Assembly: GCA_963706285.1 (NCBI GenBank)
Contig: CAVPLU010000004.1
Span: 256,001-320,000 of the forward strand
Direction of reading: 5' to 3'
DNA length: 64,000 nt
Source of the DNA: Candidatus Bathyarchaeota archaeon
GTDB lineage: Archaea; Thermoproteota; Bathyarchaeia; 40CM-2-53-6
How positions within the stretch are numbered: position 1 is the stretch's first letter; every line of letters begins with the position of its first letter. Under the pieces are notes generated by a model that saw only the letters and a list, made by a program, of their open reading frames with translations, searched no databases and was not told where the DNA came from. Of this stretch, positions 50,098 through 59,426 are shown in pieces. The position numbers and the translations under genes were made by a program.

Positions 50098-51948
50098 CTA
50101 GTCTGGGATGGCGGCGTGTGTAGTCACTAGAGAATCCGGCAGTACTTCTTTGAACCAGTCAGGGATGAACCGCCAACACTTGCTGGCAAGTCTCTGGAAG
50201 CTTCCATCGACAATGTAGAATCGTGCCCTATCATCCTCCGCTCTTACAGCTCGGCCGTAGGCTTGAATGACTTCCAGCATGGCTTGATTGCTGTACCATT
50301 GCTGGCGCCCTATATCGAGCCGTCTCTTGACTCGCTTGTCACCCAAGTCGGGGAATGGTACTTTGAGGAGGATCTGTGCGTCGCACACGTCATACTTCCA
50401 GTCTTGCCCCTCGTTGAAGGCAACTGAAACGAATACTTTACCGTGCGACTCCATCCATTCCCTCAGCCTCTCCTCGCGATCTCTTCTACCGTGGATGATC
50501 AATCTCTCTTTGAGATCTTCAGGCAGGTTGTCGAACAAAGTTCTCTGATGGTCGTAGCTGTGGCAATGTATCGCTACATTGCCTCTCTCCTCTCTCAGTA
50601 TCTCCTCCACGGCCCGAATCGCTTTGGGCATGTTCTTCTCCCACCCAACCCTAGAGAGTGGGCCCACTGTCCGATCAATCACAGGACGATTCTCCTCAGG
50701 GAATGTGCTTGGGATTTGAGGAAGAACGGAGATCTCGTCTTCTTTAAGCGCGTCCAACAATCCGGTCAACTCAACGTACTCCTTCGGATTCAATATCGTG
50801 GCCGATGAGATGATGAAGTGTTCAGCGCGTTTCCATAACAGCTCCTTCATGAACTCTCTCGCGAAGAGCGGCTGCACTAATAGTTGATCGCCCTTGACCT
50901 GCCATACCCACTCTGATTTCGATGATTTGTAAAGTTGGTATGCTTCGAGGTATCGTCCAATCCGTTCCAAATCCTCCGCCTGAATGACTGAGAGCCCTGT
51001 GTTCTCAGCGATCTTACGTGCCTGCTCGAGCTGAGCCTTTAGACTCAACTCGATGGTTTCTAACAGTTCGCTAAGTTGCTTCTCGTTCTTGACTTGTCGC
51101 AGATGCGGAACAACCTTGCCATAGACTTCGTGCGGGATCGTGAATGGCGTCACATTCACAGACACGTGATTGAGGCATTCTTCTTCGATGTTGTGAGCTT
51201 CATCAAGCACAAGTAGCGTTCTCGTTCCAAGGTAGCTTTCACTGTGACCTTCCGTCTGGCCTTCAGCTACTAGGTAAGCGAAACTCAGCAGCACGCTTGG
51301 AGACTTGATGGCCTTTGCTTTCTGTTTCCAGTATGGGCATGTTTCGAAACGTTCTTTGCACTCGTAGCCTTCAGTCACGCATCTGCCAAGGTTGACTCCC
51401 ATCTGTGAAACATGATAGCATGCGTAATTTCTGCGCCCCTTGATCTCGACAAATCTGTCTCTCAGAGATGGGTCTCTAAGCATTTGATCTATCAGCGCCA
51501 GTTGAGGGGTTGCATAGAATGAACGCGTGACGGATGTGAACGAAGAGTTCACGTACGATTTGCCGAAACCGGTTGGAGCTGTAAGAATCACGCACTTCTT
51601 TCCAGAGTTGAATGCTTCAACGATGCGTTCCACGGTCTTCTTCTGATACGGTCGCAGTGAACTGCTTGGGAAGCGTTTGAGGACCTCACGAGTCGTCAGC
51701 TCCTTCGGTTGCATCATGGGGTTCATGAGACGATTTCGAGTGACTTGCCTCGGCTCTTGGGAAGTTCTCTCTCTGAAGATTCGTCGTCTTGGAGTTAGCA
51801 CATACTCGGATTGCTCGATGTGGAATTGGCAATGCAGCTGATCACAGTTTGCGCAACCACGAGCTCCAACACGAAATGTGGCAGGCCAGCCATTCGTCTC
51901 AGCGTACTCGCAACGTATCAGGTCAGGCTCTTCGATAATACTGGGCAT
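50098..51948 (-). CDS. DinG/Rad3-like SF2 helicase
   Basis: APTGFGKS, KGRRNYAC, DEAH, SSAT, KVPFP, QAYGRAVR..DD. Confidence 0.88.
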   Translation of the reverse strand: MPSIIEEPDLIRCEYAETNGWPATFRVGARGCANCDQLHCQFHIEQSEYVLTPRRRIFRERTSQEPRQVTRNRLMNPMMQPKELTTREVLKRFPSSSLRPYQKKTVERIVEAFNSGKKCVILTAPTGFGKSYVNSSFTSVTRSFYATPQLALIDQMLRDPSLRDRFVEIKGRRNYACYHVSQMGVNLGRCVTEGYECKERFETCPYWKQKAKAIKSPSVLLSFAYLVAEGQTEGHSESYLGTRTLLVLDEAHNIEEECLNHVSVNVTPFTIPHEVYGKVVPHLRQVKNEKQLSELLETIELSLKAQLEQARKIAENTGLSVIQAEDLERIGRYLEAYQLYKSSKSEWVWQVKGDQLLVQPLFAREFMKELLWKRAEHFIISSATILNPKEYVELTGLLDALKEDEISVLPQIPSTFPEENRPVIDRTVGPLSRVGWEKNMPKAIRAVEEILREERGNVAIHCHSYDHQRTLFDNLPEDLKERLIIHGRRDREERLREWMESHGKVFVSVAFNEGQDWKYDVCDAQILLKVPFPDLGDKRVKRRLDIGRQQWYSNQAMLEVIQAYGRAVRAEDDRARFYIVDGSFQRLASKCWRFIPDWFKEVLPDSLVTTHAAIPD

Positions 51949-52129
51949 GTTGAAGCGTCTCCAACAGATCGCTTTCTAGGACTAATATGTTTCGAACAAT
52001 CCTCACGAATGAGTAGACCAGTCCTTTCTTGCAGTCGTTGCGGATATTGAGAGTCGTTTGGTGAATCCTGAGAATCTACGTCATTCTAAATACAGTGCCT
52101 TTGGCTTGTGTTAAGCAGGGTAACAGACA

Positions 52130-52636
52130 ATGGTCAAGAAAGCGATGTTCATGGAAGGACAGATTCCGAAAGGCGGCGTCTGCATTTCCAGCTTCATCGT
52201 CGCCGAAAAGGATGGAGCGATTCTGGCCGGGAAGATGAGTAATCCTGAGATCTGGGTGGAAAGATTCCTAGTGGGTAGCGCTTTTGCGCCCAAGTACGCG
52301 GCTTCAGGAAAGTGGATGCTGCCAGCGTCGCACCTGAAGTTCGGCGAATCCCCTGACGAATCAGCCCATAGAATCATGCGAGACCAACTGCTCGTTGAAG
52401 TGCAAGATCTCAAACTTGCAGGAATCCAATCGCATCTTTCAGGAGAACCTACAGATCTTGAGAATAATCACTGGGATTTGTGTCTCATCTATAAGGCAAC
52501 GATCCCCGAGCCTTCAAGCGTGCCCAAATGGTTTTCCGAACTTCGATACATTCCAGTCAAGAATCTGAACCCAAGTGATTTCACGCGTGGTCACGGAGAC
52601 ATCCTAGAACGGCTAGGGCTCATAGGGAACCAATGA
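52130..52636 (+). CDS. NUDIX hydrolase (degenerate Nudix box)
   Basis: WMLPASHLKFGESPDESAHR. Confidence 0.75.
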   Translation: MVKKAMFMEGQIPKGGVCISSFIVAEKDGAILAGKMSNPEIWVERFLVGSAFAPKYAASGKWMLPASHLKFGESPDESAHRIMRDQLLVEVQDLKLAGIQSHLSGEPTDLENNHWDLCLIYKATIPEPSSVPKWFSELRYIPVKNLNPSDFTRGHGDILERLGLIGNQ

Positions 52637-52688
52637 AATAATCGATCACAAATCAACATATCCACGGTCGTCAAAAAACAACCGACTG

Positions 52689-54464
52689 CTAATGACGGAC
52701 GCGTTTTGATAGCAGCTGTGAGATTTCTGCGGGCACTGACGTAGGTGCAAGACAGGTCTTTCCAACGCATACATAGGCACGAGGTTCTTGCTCTGCAGAA
52801 TAACCAAGTCGGCTCATACGTTCCCTGTCAGTGTCAGGATCGAGCGGAACGATCAGTTTCCTAGGATCGTACACTCGAATGCTTGCATTGAGAAGCTCAG
52901 TGGTCAACCGCTCTTTTCTTGACCCGACTATTACGATCCGCGTTGGCTCGTTAAGGAAGAGATCAACTGCTAAGGCGTAAGTCGACGCGACGATGCCGTA
53001 TTTCGAATACTCTTCAGCCTGAGCCTCAAGCGTGGTCTTGGCTCTTTGACGATATGTTTCTTCGCCCGTGGCATGATGAAGTCTCGTTAGAAGCATGGCT
53101 GCGGAGCTGTTCTCGTCAAGCGGCTTCTCAGTTCGTTTCAGGTATCCAGGCAAGTCGGGATTAGGCGGAGAGTCATAATAGCCTCCGTTCTTGGTGTCAA
53201 GAAGTTGTTCGTCAAGATGACGGACTATCGCTTCCGCACGTTCCAGATATTTCACATCCCCTGTCGATTGGTATGCGTGAAGTAGTGCCTCGGCGAATTC
53301 GATCTGATCAGCGAGCAGACCCTGAAGCTGTGGTGTTCCATCTGACAAGCAGTGGTACATCGCAGGGTTTCTCTCATCATAGAGTTGGTTGAGGAGTCTA
53401 TTGATCGTCTTTAGAGCGAACTCTGTCAGTGTGGCGTCTTCGAGTAGCGGAGCCGTTTCTAGATACGCTCTTGTCATCAACCCGTTCCAATTTGTGTAGA
53501 TCGTTCTATCCACTCGCGGTTTATCCGAATTGACTCGCTCACTCTTTGGGAGTCTGTAGTAATTCTCGTCTGCGTCTTGACTTCCATAGAAGCCTCCTGC
53601 AGTCTGGTCGCTAAGCGTCAAATTCACGTACTGCACAATTTCTCCTGCCAGTCTTCGATACGCGTCTCTTCCTGTTGCTTGGTACGCGTGGAGGTACATT
53701 GAAAGAAGCTTTGCATTGTCCTCACACATTTTCTCGTAGTGTGGCGTCGTCCAGTCGCGAGTCGTCGAATACCGGAAGAAGCCGCCCTCCTCATGGTCGT
53801 AAATTCCTCCTCCGGCCATGCGGTCAAGTGTCTTGGTAACAATAGTCAGCAGTCCTTTATCGCCCGTGTTCCAGTGTTGAGTTAGAGCCAACTCTAGCGA
53901 GTCGGTTTGTGGGAATTTTGGGCTATCGCCAAAACCACCATACACTGAATCGAAACTCGCCACTACCAAGCCTAAGATGTCGTCGGTAATAGCGTGCGAG
54001 ATTTGAGTTGCCCCTGGACTCTTGACTGGCTCAGGTATGATGTCTGGGATCTCGGGCTGGCCATGGAGGTAGTGCTCTCTGACATTCCGGAGCATTTCTT
54101 TCATCTGGTCAGGAGGTATGTACGTTCCTCCGGTGATGACTCTGCCCTCTGAATTGAGGAAGGCTGTTGTGGGCCAGCCACCCATGTTGTATCTCCTGTT
54201 GATGTCAGGTCGCTTGTCATTGTCGACTCTGATTGGGACAAAGTATTGGTTGACGGACTGTATCACTTCTGGATCCGAGTAGGTTGTATGATCTTGGACG
54301 TGGCACCAATGACACCAAACAGCACTGATAGCTAGCAGTATCGGCTTCTTCTCAGACTCTGCTTTCTCGAACGCTTCAGTGCTCCACTCGAGCCACTGAA
54401 TTCTGCTATTGAGCGATTTCGACAAGGAGAGAGTCAGCGATTCGATTCGCGATCCGCTGTGCAA
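52689..54464 (-). CDS. Thioredoxin-domain protein (YyaL/SSP411, DUF255)
   Basis: WCHWCHV, RPDI, GGWPTT, GGFG..PKFP, PHYEKM. Confidence 0.92.
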   Translation of the reverse strand: MHSGSRIESLTLSLSKSLNSRIQWLEWSTEAFEKAESEKKPILLAISAVWCHWCHVQDHTTYSDPEVIQSVNQYFVPIRVDNDKRPDINRRYNMGGWPTTAFLNSEGRVITGGTYIPPDQMKEMLRNVREHYLHGQPEIPDIIPEPVKSPGATQISHAITDDILGLVVASFDSVYGGFGDSPKFPQTDSLELALTQHWNTGDKGLLTIVTKTLDRMAGGGIYDHEEGGFFRYSTTRDWTTPHYEKMCEDNAKLLSMYLHAYQATGRDAYRRLAGEIVQYVNLTLSDQTAGGFYGSQDADENYYRLPKSERVNSDKPRVDRTIYTNWNGLMTRAYLETAPLLEDATLTEFALKTINRLLNQLYDERNPAMYHCLSDGTPQLQGLLADQIEFAEALLHAYQSTGDVKYLERAEAIVRHLDEQLLDTKNGGYYDSPPNPDLPGYLKRTEKPLDENSSAAMLLTRLHHATGEETYRQRAKTTLEAQAEEYSKYGIVASTYALAVDLFLNEPTRIVIVGSRKERLTTELLNASIRVYDPRKLIVPLDPDTDRERMSRLGYSAEQEPRAYVCVGKTCLAPTSVPAEISQLLSKRVRH

Positions 54465-54551
54465 TATAAGGCTCGTGCCTCACATCCTGGTCAGGCGCTA
54501 ATTTCGTTTTTTTGAGCCTCATGGTGGATACTGAATATTTCCAGTTCAGTT

Positions 54552-55259
54552 CTACGTGGTCTCTTCCTGCCGACTGGAAGAAGAAGCCACGGACACTCCA
54601 TGCAGGCACGTTGAGTCGCCGGACAGTTCTTTTTCGATATCTCCAAAGACCTCCCTTGCCCTTTCAATCGTTTTCTGAGACGCTCGATCTTTCTCACTTT
54701 TCAAGAAATCAGCAAGTTCTCGATGTGTTCGTAGCAGATCGTTCCTTCTGTTCTGCTCATCCAAGGGTTTGTCACCTTGAAGTTTCACGTCTCCTTCCGC
54801 GAAACCTTCTGCGAAGTACCAGTCTTTGAACCAGGTGCATCCTGATTTCCAAAGCAGGTATCCGATCTGAGTGGCTGGCGGTGGGTACCCGCGTTCCAGA
54901 CCCTCTCTTGTCTCTTCATGATTATGGTAGACCACCATGAAGTGAGCGCCTGCTGGTAGAAGGCTCGAAAGAGTAGCGAATAGTCTCTTGTCCAATCCTC
55001 TCTCAGAGAGGCTCAAAGTCCCAGATTGGCCGAACGATGCATGATCGAAGTAGTAGATGTCGATCCAAGGCTTGTAGAACTCTCCTCTTCCAGAGAAATA
55101 CTTGCCTCGTACGACGGACTCTTGAGAAACCTCACCATCGATGGTCCTCAAATAGCATTCAAAGTTCGTTTCTTCTTTGAACCGCCCTGGAGTGATATTG
55201 GCTAACTGGATGAGGAAGCCATCCAATTCCATGCCCGTCGATGATGGTGATGGAACCAT
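54552..55259 (-). CDS. DUF1122 family protein
   Basis: FSGRG..YKPW, GCTWFKDWYFAEG..EG..KLQG.KP. Confidence 0.8.
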   Translation of the reverse strand: MVPSPSSTGMELDGFLIQLANITPGRFKEETNFECYLRTIDGEVSQESVVRGKYFSGRGEFYKPWIDIYYFDHASFGQSGTLSLSERGLDKRLFATLSSLLPAGAHFMVVYHNHEETREGLERGYPPPATQIGYLLWKSGCTWFKDWYFAEGFAEGDVKLQGDKPLDEQNRRNDLLRTHRELADFLKSEKDRASQKTIERAREVFGDIEKELSGDSTCLHGVSVASSSSRQEETT

Positions 55260-55321
55260 TTCCAGACATCAGGGCCACTCAGCTAACAATCGAGCTTCGA
55301 TTGCACGTTATGCACGATCCA

Positions 55322-55367
55322 GCTCCAAAGAGGTGCCGCTCTCCGGGAAAGAGGTGCCGCTTTTGAG
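55322..55367 (-). repeat. Dispersed ~45-bp element, copy 2 (inverted relative to 8622-8666)
   Basis: Reverse complement is CTCAAAAGCGGCACCTCTTTCCCGGAGAGCGGCACCTCTTTGGAGC. Confidence 0.8.
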
Positions 55368-55537
55368 GGGTCGGGGAGGATCTCCACGACGCCATCGCTC
55401 TATCTGACGTGTCAGAAGCGGTGCGATGACTAAATCACCGGGGAACGGCCCACTGGGGGGACTTCGCCTATTCTTACTTGCTGGACTTTGATCGAGATGG
55501 GAAGCGTCATAGCTTGATAATTTGCAGGGCTGCATTG

Positions 55538-56650
55538 CTAAGTACTGAGAAGTTCGTGCAGCCTCTTGATGGCCTTGTTCTTCTCGTTCTCTGCAACATT
55601 CGCCTTTTCGGTCGCATTCTGGATGATCTCGATCGTATGGTGGTAGGTTCTCCTGTCCACTGGATACGGTATCCCGTCTTTGCCTCCATGGGCAAAACTA
55701 TACCTTGCCGGGTCCTTCCACGATGGCGCGGTCCCGTAGACCAGTTCGGAGACCAGCGCTAGAGCTCTGATGGCTTTCGGTCCAACGCCTCTAATCGCGA
55801 CCAGCTCCTCGTAATTGCTGGGTTGGAACTCGTATGCTCTGCGAAGTGCCTCAATCGTTGTCTTAGATAGTCCTGCTATGGAGTGCTGAGTCGGCATGAT
55901 GAGAGTCAGCATTCCTTGGTGATCTGGCAGATACTGATCGATAGACGCTTGCTCTGCTTCTCGAGTGAGACCTCGAAGGTGGTCTGGGTTGTCTCGAACA
56001 AGATCGAGGCTGACTTTTCTTGATTCTTCGCTATCCCGAGCGGTCATGTCAAGCACAGATTCTCCTCGACGATCGCTCGCGATGCCTGTGTGAGGTTCCT
56101 CAACGAAACTGCTTACCCCGTCAGATAGCCAGTGGTAGCGTCGGGCCAATCGTTCCTGCATCCCTTGCTGAACAACCGCCCAATCCCCCTCCTCGCTGAG
56201 TATGAAGACGTGGTGATAGAGCTGGTATCCGTCCTGCACGCAACTATTGTCGACTTTAGCTGCCATCCGGCTCGCGTATTTTAGCGACTCAACCTGATGA
56301 GAAGATAGTGAGAACACGTTCGCGAGGTCTTCAATCTCGTCCTGTGTACGTCTTGAGACTCTCCCTTTCCCGCCACATACTGCGATGCCAAAATCATCCG
56401 GCTTAATGCCTTCTTTCAGTGCTCCGCATACTGTGGTGGTTAGTCCTGATGAATGCCAGTCGAAACCGAGCGTACATCCAAAAGCTTGGAAGAAGAATGG
56501 GTCGCTGATTCTTCGGAGAAACTCCTGTCTCCCGTACTCTTGCACGATCAGTTTGGATATGGCTGCGCCTAGATGCTTCATTTCTCGGAAAAGCCAAGGC
56601 GGGCATCTGCCAGGGTGGAGAGGAAGCTGAGCTAGGCCGACTCTGCTCAT
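55538..56650 (-). CDS. DUF763 family protein
   Basis: LPLH.G.CPPWL, GFDWHSSG, AKVD...QDGYQLYHH, FAHGGKDG.PYPV. Confidence 0.9.
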   Translation of the reverse strand: MSRVGLAQLPLHPGRCPPWLFREMKHLGAAISKLIVQEYGRQEFLRRISDPFFFQAFGCTLGFDWHSSGLTTTVCGALKEGIKPDDFGIAVCGGKGRVSRRTQDEIEDLANVFSLSSHQVESLKYASRMAAKVDNSCVQDGYQLYHHVFILSEEGDWAVVQQGMQERLARRYHWLSDGVSSFVEEPHTGIASDRRGESVLDMTARDSEESRKVSLDLVRDNPDHLRGLTREAEQASIDQYLPDHQGMLTLIMPTQHSIAGLSKTTIEALRRAYEFQPSNYEELVAIRGVGPKAIRALALVSELVYGTAPSWKDPARYSFAHGGKDGIPYPVDRRTYHHTIEIIQNATEKANVAENEKNKAIKRLHELLST

Positions 56651-56771
56651 GGCGTTGCATAGTTCAGTGTTCGCCTAGATTAATCATAGAAGGCCTCGCA
56701 TGACACAAAGCTCAACATAGAGGTAGGTTGAACTCCAGCACGCCTTACAAGCGATCCAAGGTTGGAATCGT

Positions 56772-57650
56772 GTGCGAATCGGTTCAAGCATCGTGCTGAT
56801 CATTGGAATTATCGCCGTTTCAGCTGCATCGATTCTAATTCGCAACGCGCAGACCCAGGCGCCTTCACTAGTCATTGCAGCCTACCGCTTGGCGATCGCG
56901 TCGCTCGTGGTTGTGCCTGTAGCCCTGTGGCGCAACCAGAACGAGTTGCATAGGCTCCGTGCAAAGGAGTGGATCCTAATGATTATCGCTGGTGTATTCC
57001 TTGCACTTCACTTTGCGACATGGGTTACTTCGCTTGAGTACACATCAGTGACGAGTTCAGTTGTGCTGGTCACTACCTCGCCGTTATGGGTTGCCTTGGT
57101 GTCATGGATTATTCTCCGCGAAAGACTGACGCGCCCAATAATCTTCGGATTGATCGTGGCGGTCGTCGGCGGTTTCATCATAGGTTTGGGCGATACAACG
57201 CAAGGATCCAGAAGTGCTCCGCTGCTTGGCGATTCTCTAGCACTTCTCGGCGCTTTCATGGTGACGGGCTACTGGCTGATCGGCAGGCGCATACGCAGCT
57301 CGCAGTCACTGACGTCATACGTAGCGATCGTCTACGGTACAGCCGCCGTAGTCTTGCTCATGATGGTTGGAGCAGCACATCAATCGCTGGCAGGCTATGA
57401 TCCGGTCATCTACCTGTGGTTGGTATTACTTGCGCTGGTCCCTCAACTGATTGGTCATTCATCATTCAATTGGGCGCTCGCGCGTCTACCGGCCGTATCA
57501 GTGGCTGTTGCTACACTGGGCGAACCAATTGGAGCCTCTATCTTAGCATACTTTCTGCTCGGAGAAGCGCCAACAACGCTTACCATGCTAGGCGCCGTGT
57601 TAGTCCTTACCGGTATTGCGTTGACTCTACGCGCTCAACCAAACGCCTGA
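56772..57650 (+). CDS. DMT/EamA family transporter
   Basis: About 10 TM; FLALHFATW, GD.LAL, QLIGH, GEP. Confidence 0.9.
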   Translation: MRIGSSIVLIIGIIAVSAASILIRNAQTQAPSLVIAAYRLAIASLVVVPVALWRNQNELHRLRAKEWILMIIAGVFLALHFATWVTSLEYTSVTSSVVLVTTSPLWVALVSWIILRERLTRPIIFGLIVAVVGGFIIGLGDTTQGSRSAPLLGDSLALLGAFMVTGYWLIGRRIRSSQSLTSYVAIVYGTAAVVLLMMVGAAHQSLAGYDPVIYLWLVLLALVPQLIGHSSFNWALARLPAVSVAVATLGEPIGASILAYFLLGEAPTTLTMLGAVLVLTGIALTLRAQPNA

Positions 57651-57730
57651 ACCGGCTACGAATCAAATAACCCGCTGAAAGAGAATCAAGTGAGGGAAGG
57701 TTGAACATTCGTAGTGGGAGAATGTCTAGT

Positions 57731-57893
57731 TGGCGCCGCCGGAAGGATTCGAACCTCTAGTCGCGCCCGCGCGCTTCGACCAACGGGTCGCTGCCATGTG
57801 GCTAACAGCTTCAGCCTCAATCTTCTCGATTGAGTCCGCTGCTCTGCCACTGAGCTATCGTCTATGATCAAAGGATTGATCGTAAACGGCGGC
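57731..57893 (-). tRNA. tRNA-Asn(GUU) with four BHB introns (57885-57857, 57835-57810, 57802-57789, 57775-57757) and encoded CCA
   Basis: Removing the inserts gives a 75-nt cloverleaf GCCGCCG TA GCTC AGTGGCA GAGC A GCGGG CTGTTAA CCCGT TGGTC GAAGG TTCGAAT CCTTC CGGCGGC G CCA; BHB geometry at each junction. Confidence 0.92.
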
Positions 57894-57932
57894 TCTATTC
57901 GGCGGCACCGATTTCACGGAGCCTCAAGCCGC

Positions 57933-57949
57933 TTATTTAAGAGTTCATC
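57933..57949 (-). promoter_or_regulatory. BRE/TATA promoter of tRNA-Asn
   Basis: GATGAACTC-TTAAATAA on the minus strand, about 23 nt upstream of the inferred leader start (~57909). Confidence 0.6.
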
Positions 57950-58236
57950 GTCGACCGAATCCAGACCAAACTCATCAAAAACCGAATTGGGTGACATTCC
58001 GTTCTACCGTAGATCCAAAGAGCTCACGCTCGAGCCGAAGTGGTTGTTGGATAAGGACGGTTGCAGACCTATGATCTTGATTTCACAGATCAGCGATGAA
58101 TTGCTCGACTTCCTAATGGCGAGAGATCGACTAGCCTAACCCTCAATGCAATCATTCTTAACTGCGCTCAAGTCGGAAGAGTTCGCTTCATTACTCAATG
58201 CGAAAGCTCCTGGACTGAGACCGGGAGACTATTCTG

Positions 58237-58552
58237 CTAGCTTGATCCAGACGGCGTCTGTTTTGACCGTCGGATGTTTTGAATTTCTACTGCCAGGCTC
58301 TTCAGCACATTCGATCTAGTTTTGTCTCCTCGCTTGACCACAACATCAGCCGGTCTTCTCCCACCAGCGATAAGGGAGCGCCGAGTGCGGGGAGGGCTGC
58401 GGGTCGTACGATAGTTTCCTTGCCGCTTGCTCCAATTCATCAACTCGGGGCGCTTGAACTGAGTGAGATTTTGCGAGGCTCCTTCCTTGAGATCTGGATT
58501 TTGTCGAGTCGAGCGCTGCGGGCCAGACTACCATCTTTCCGTTCTGTTTCAA
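58237..58552 (-). CDS. srp19: Signal recognition particle protein SRP19 with an apparent +1 frameshift at ~58347
   Basis: VWPAALDSTKSRSQGR..P.RWWEKTG; deleting one G gives KTGYVVVKRG..; follows rps8e as is usual in archaea. Confidence 0.85.
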
Positions 58553-58606
58553 CCCGTGGACACTCCGCTCTCGTTGGATGCCTCGCGAGTTCAGCCGAGA
58601 AACGAT

Positions 58607-59002
58607 CTAGGCTTGGGCCTTCTGGGTAAGAATTGCGTTGACAACGCCGTGTTGTCCTGGTCGTGAGGTCACACGGGCTTGCCCCAAGGGAGTCTCGAGT
58701 ATGGCGCCTTTCGTTATCACGCCTCGACGTTGATAGTCAACATTGGCTGGGTTCTTGACAACGCTCTTGATCTCGGTCTTCTCTGTCTTCCCAGTTGCTG
58801 GGTCTGTCACGTTTGCGAATTTGGTTGCGAGCACGCTAAGTTTGGTCGTGCCGCCACGTCCTCGTTTCGCTACTATTCGAGGTTCGCCTATCACGGTCGC
58901 TGCGGGGTCGCTGCCCATCTCGTATGCACGCTTACCTCGGAAGATCTTTCTTCGTCCTCCGGAAGGTTTGCGTTTGTGTAGGTCACCATGCCATTGAGGC
59001 AA
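58607..59002 (-). CDS. rps8e: 30S ribosomal protein S8e
   Basis: RKPSGG, GRGG, NPAN..RRGVITKGA, VTSRPGQHGVVNA. Confidence 0.96.
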   Translation of the reverse strand: MPQWHGDLHKRKPSGGRRKIFRGKRAYEMGSDPAATVIGEPRIVAKRGRGGTTKLSVLATKFANVTDPATGKTEKTEIKSVVKNPANVDYQRRGVITKGAILETPLGQARVTSRPGQHGVVNAILTQKAQA

Positions 59003-59182
59003 TTCAGGGTACGCTCCAAACTAAGACGCGTGCACACCTCTCAGCACGGCATATAAGAATTGCTTGCTCTGGCATGACACCGTTTCGGCGAGAGCCTGAC
59101 CGTTTCCAAAGAGTTTGTGCTATCGGCGGGGGCAGCCGTGCTTCCGTTGTCGCCTGACACGTGGTGATGGATCGAACGTAAC

Positions 59183-59368
59183 TCATCCTCTGGCCACGTA
59201 GCATTTGTCACATGTTCGAATTGCTTCGACGTAGTCCATGTAGGGGCCTCTAGTTGATGTGCCCACGTATCGAATACAATTGAAGCAGACTGATTTCTCG
59301 CAGAATCTGCATTTCGCCCATTTTCGCTCCTCATCCTCACGTAGGAGTAGCGCCCGCATGTAGCGCAC
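59183..59368 (-). CDS. Small Cys-rich zinc-finger protein
   Basis: CRFC..VCFNC..TCDKC. Confidence 0.55.
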   Translation of the reverse strand: MRYMRALLLREDEERKWAKCRFCEKSVCFNCIRYVGTSTRGPYMDYVEAIRTCDKCYVARG

Positions 59369-59426
59369 TTGAGATCAGAAGTCCTCTCTTCGTCGAATCA
59401 TGACTATGCTTCTCCCTCGTGTTCGC

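Noticed and set aside
8622-55367. A 46.7-kb transposon bounded by the two inverted repeat copies
   Set aside because: The enclosed DNA is mostly core housekeeping genes (metG, top6AB, initiation factors), with no transposase and no evident target-site duplication.
57894-57906. Upstream GCCGCCG as the true 5' exon, implying a fifth or nested intron
   Set aside because: No register gives a convincing 4-bp BHB helix for removing AATAGAGCCGCCG, so it is treated as leader. The same holds for GGCCCGG upstream of tRNA-Gln.
57950-58236. Gar1 or another small gene between tRNA-Asn and srp19
   Set aside because: I could not find a frame with recognisable motifs.
58346-58348. TGA readthrough or selenocysteine in srp19
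   Set aside because: The homologous C-terminus is in a different frame, so readthrough would not restore it.
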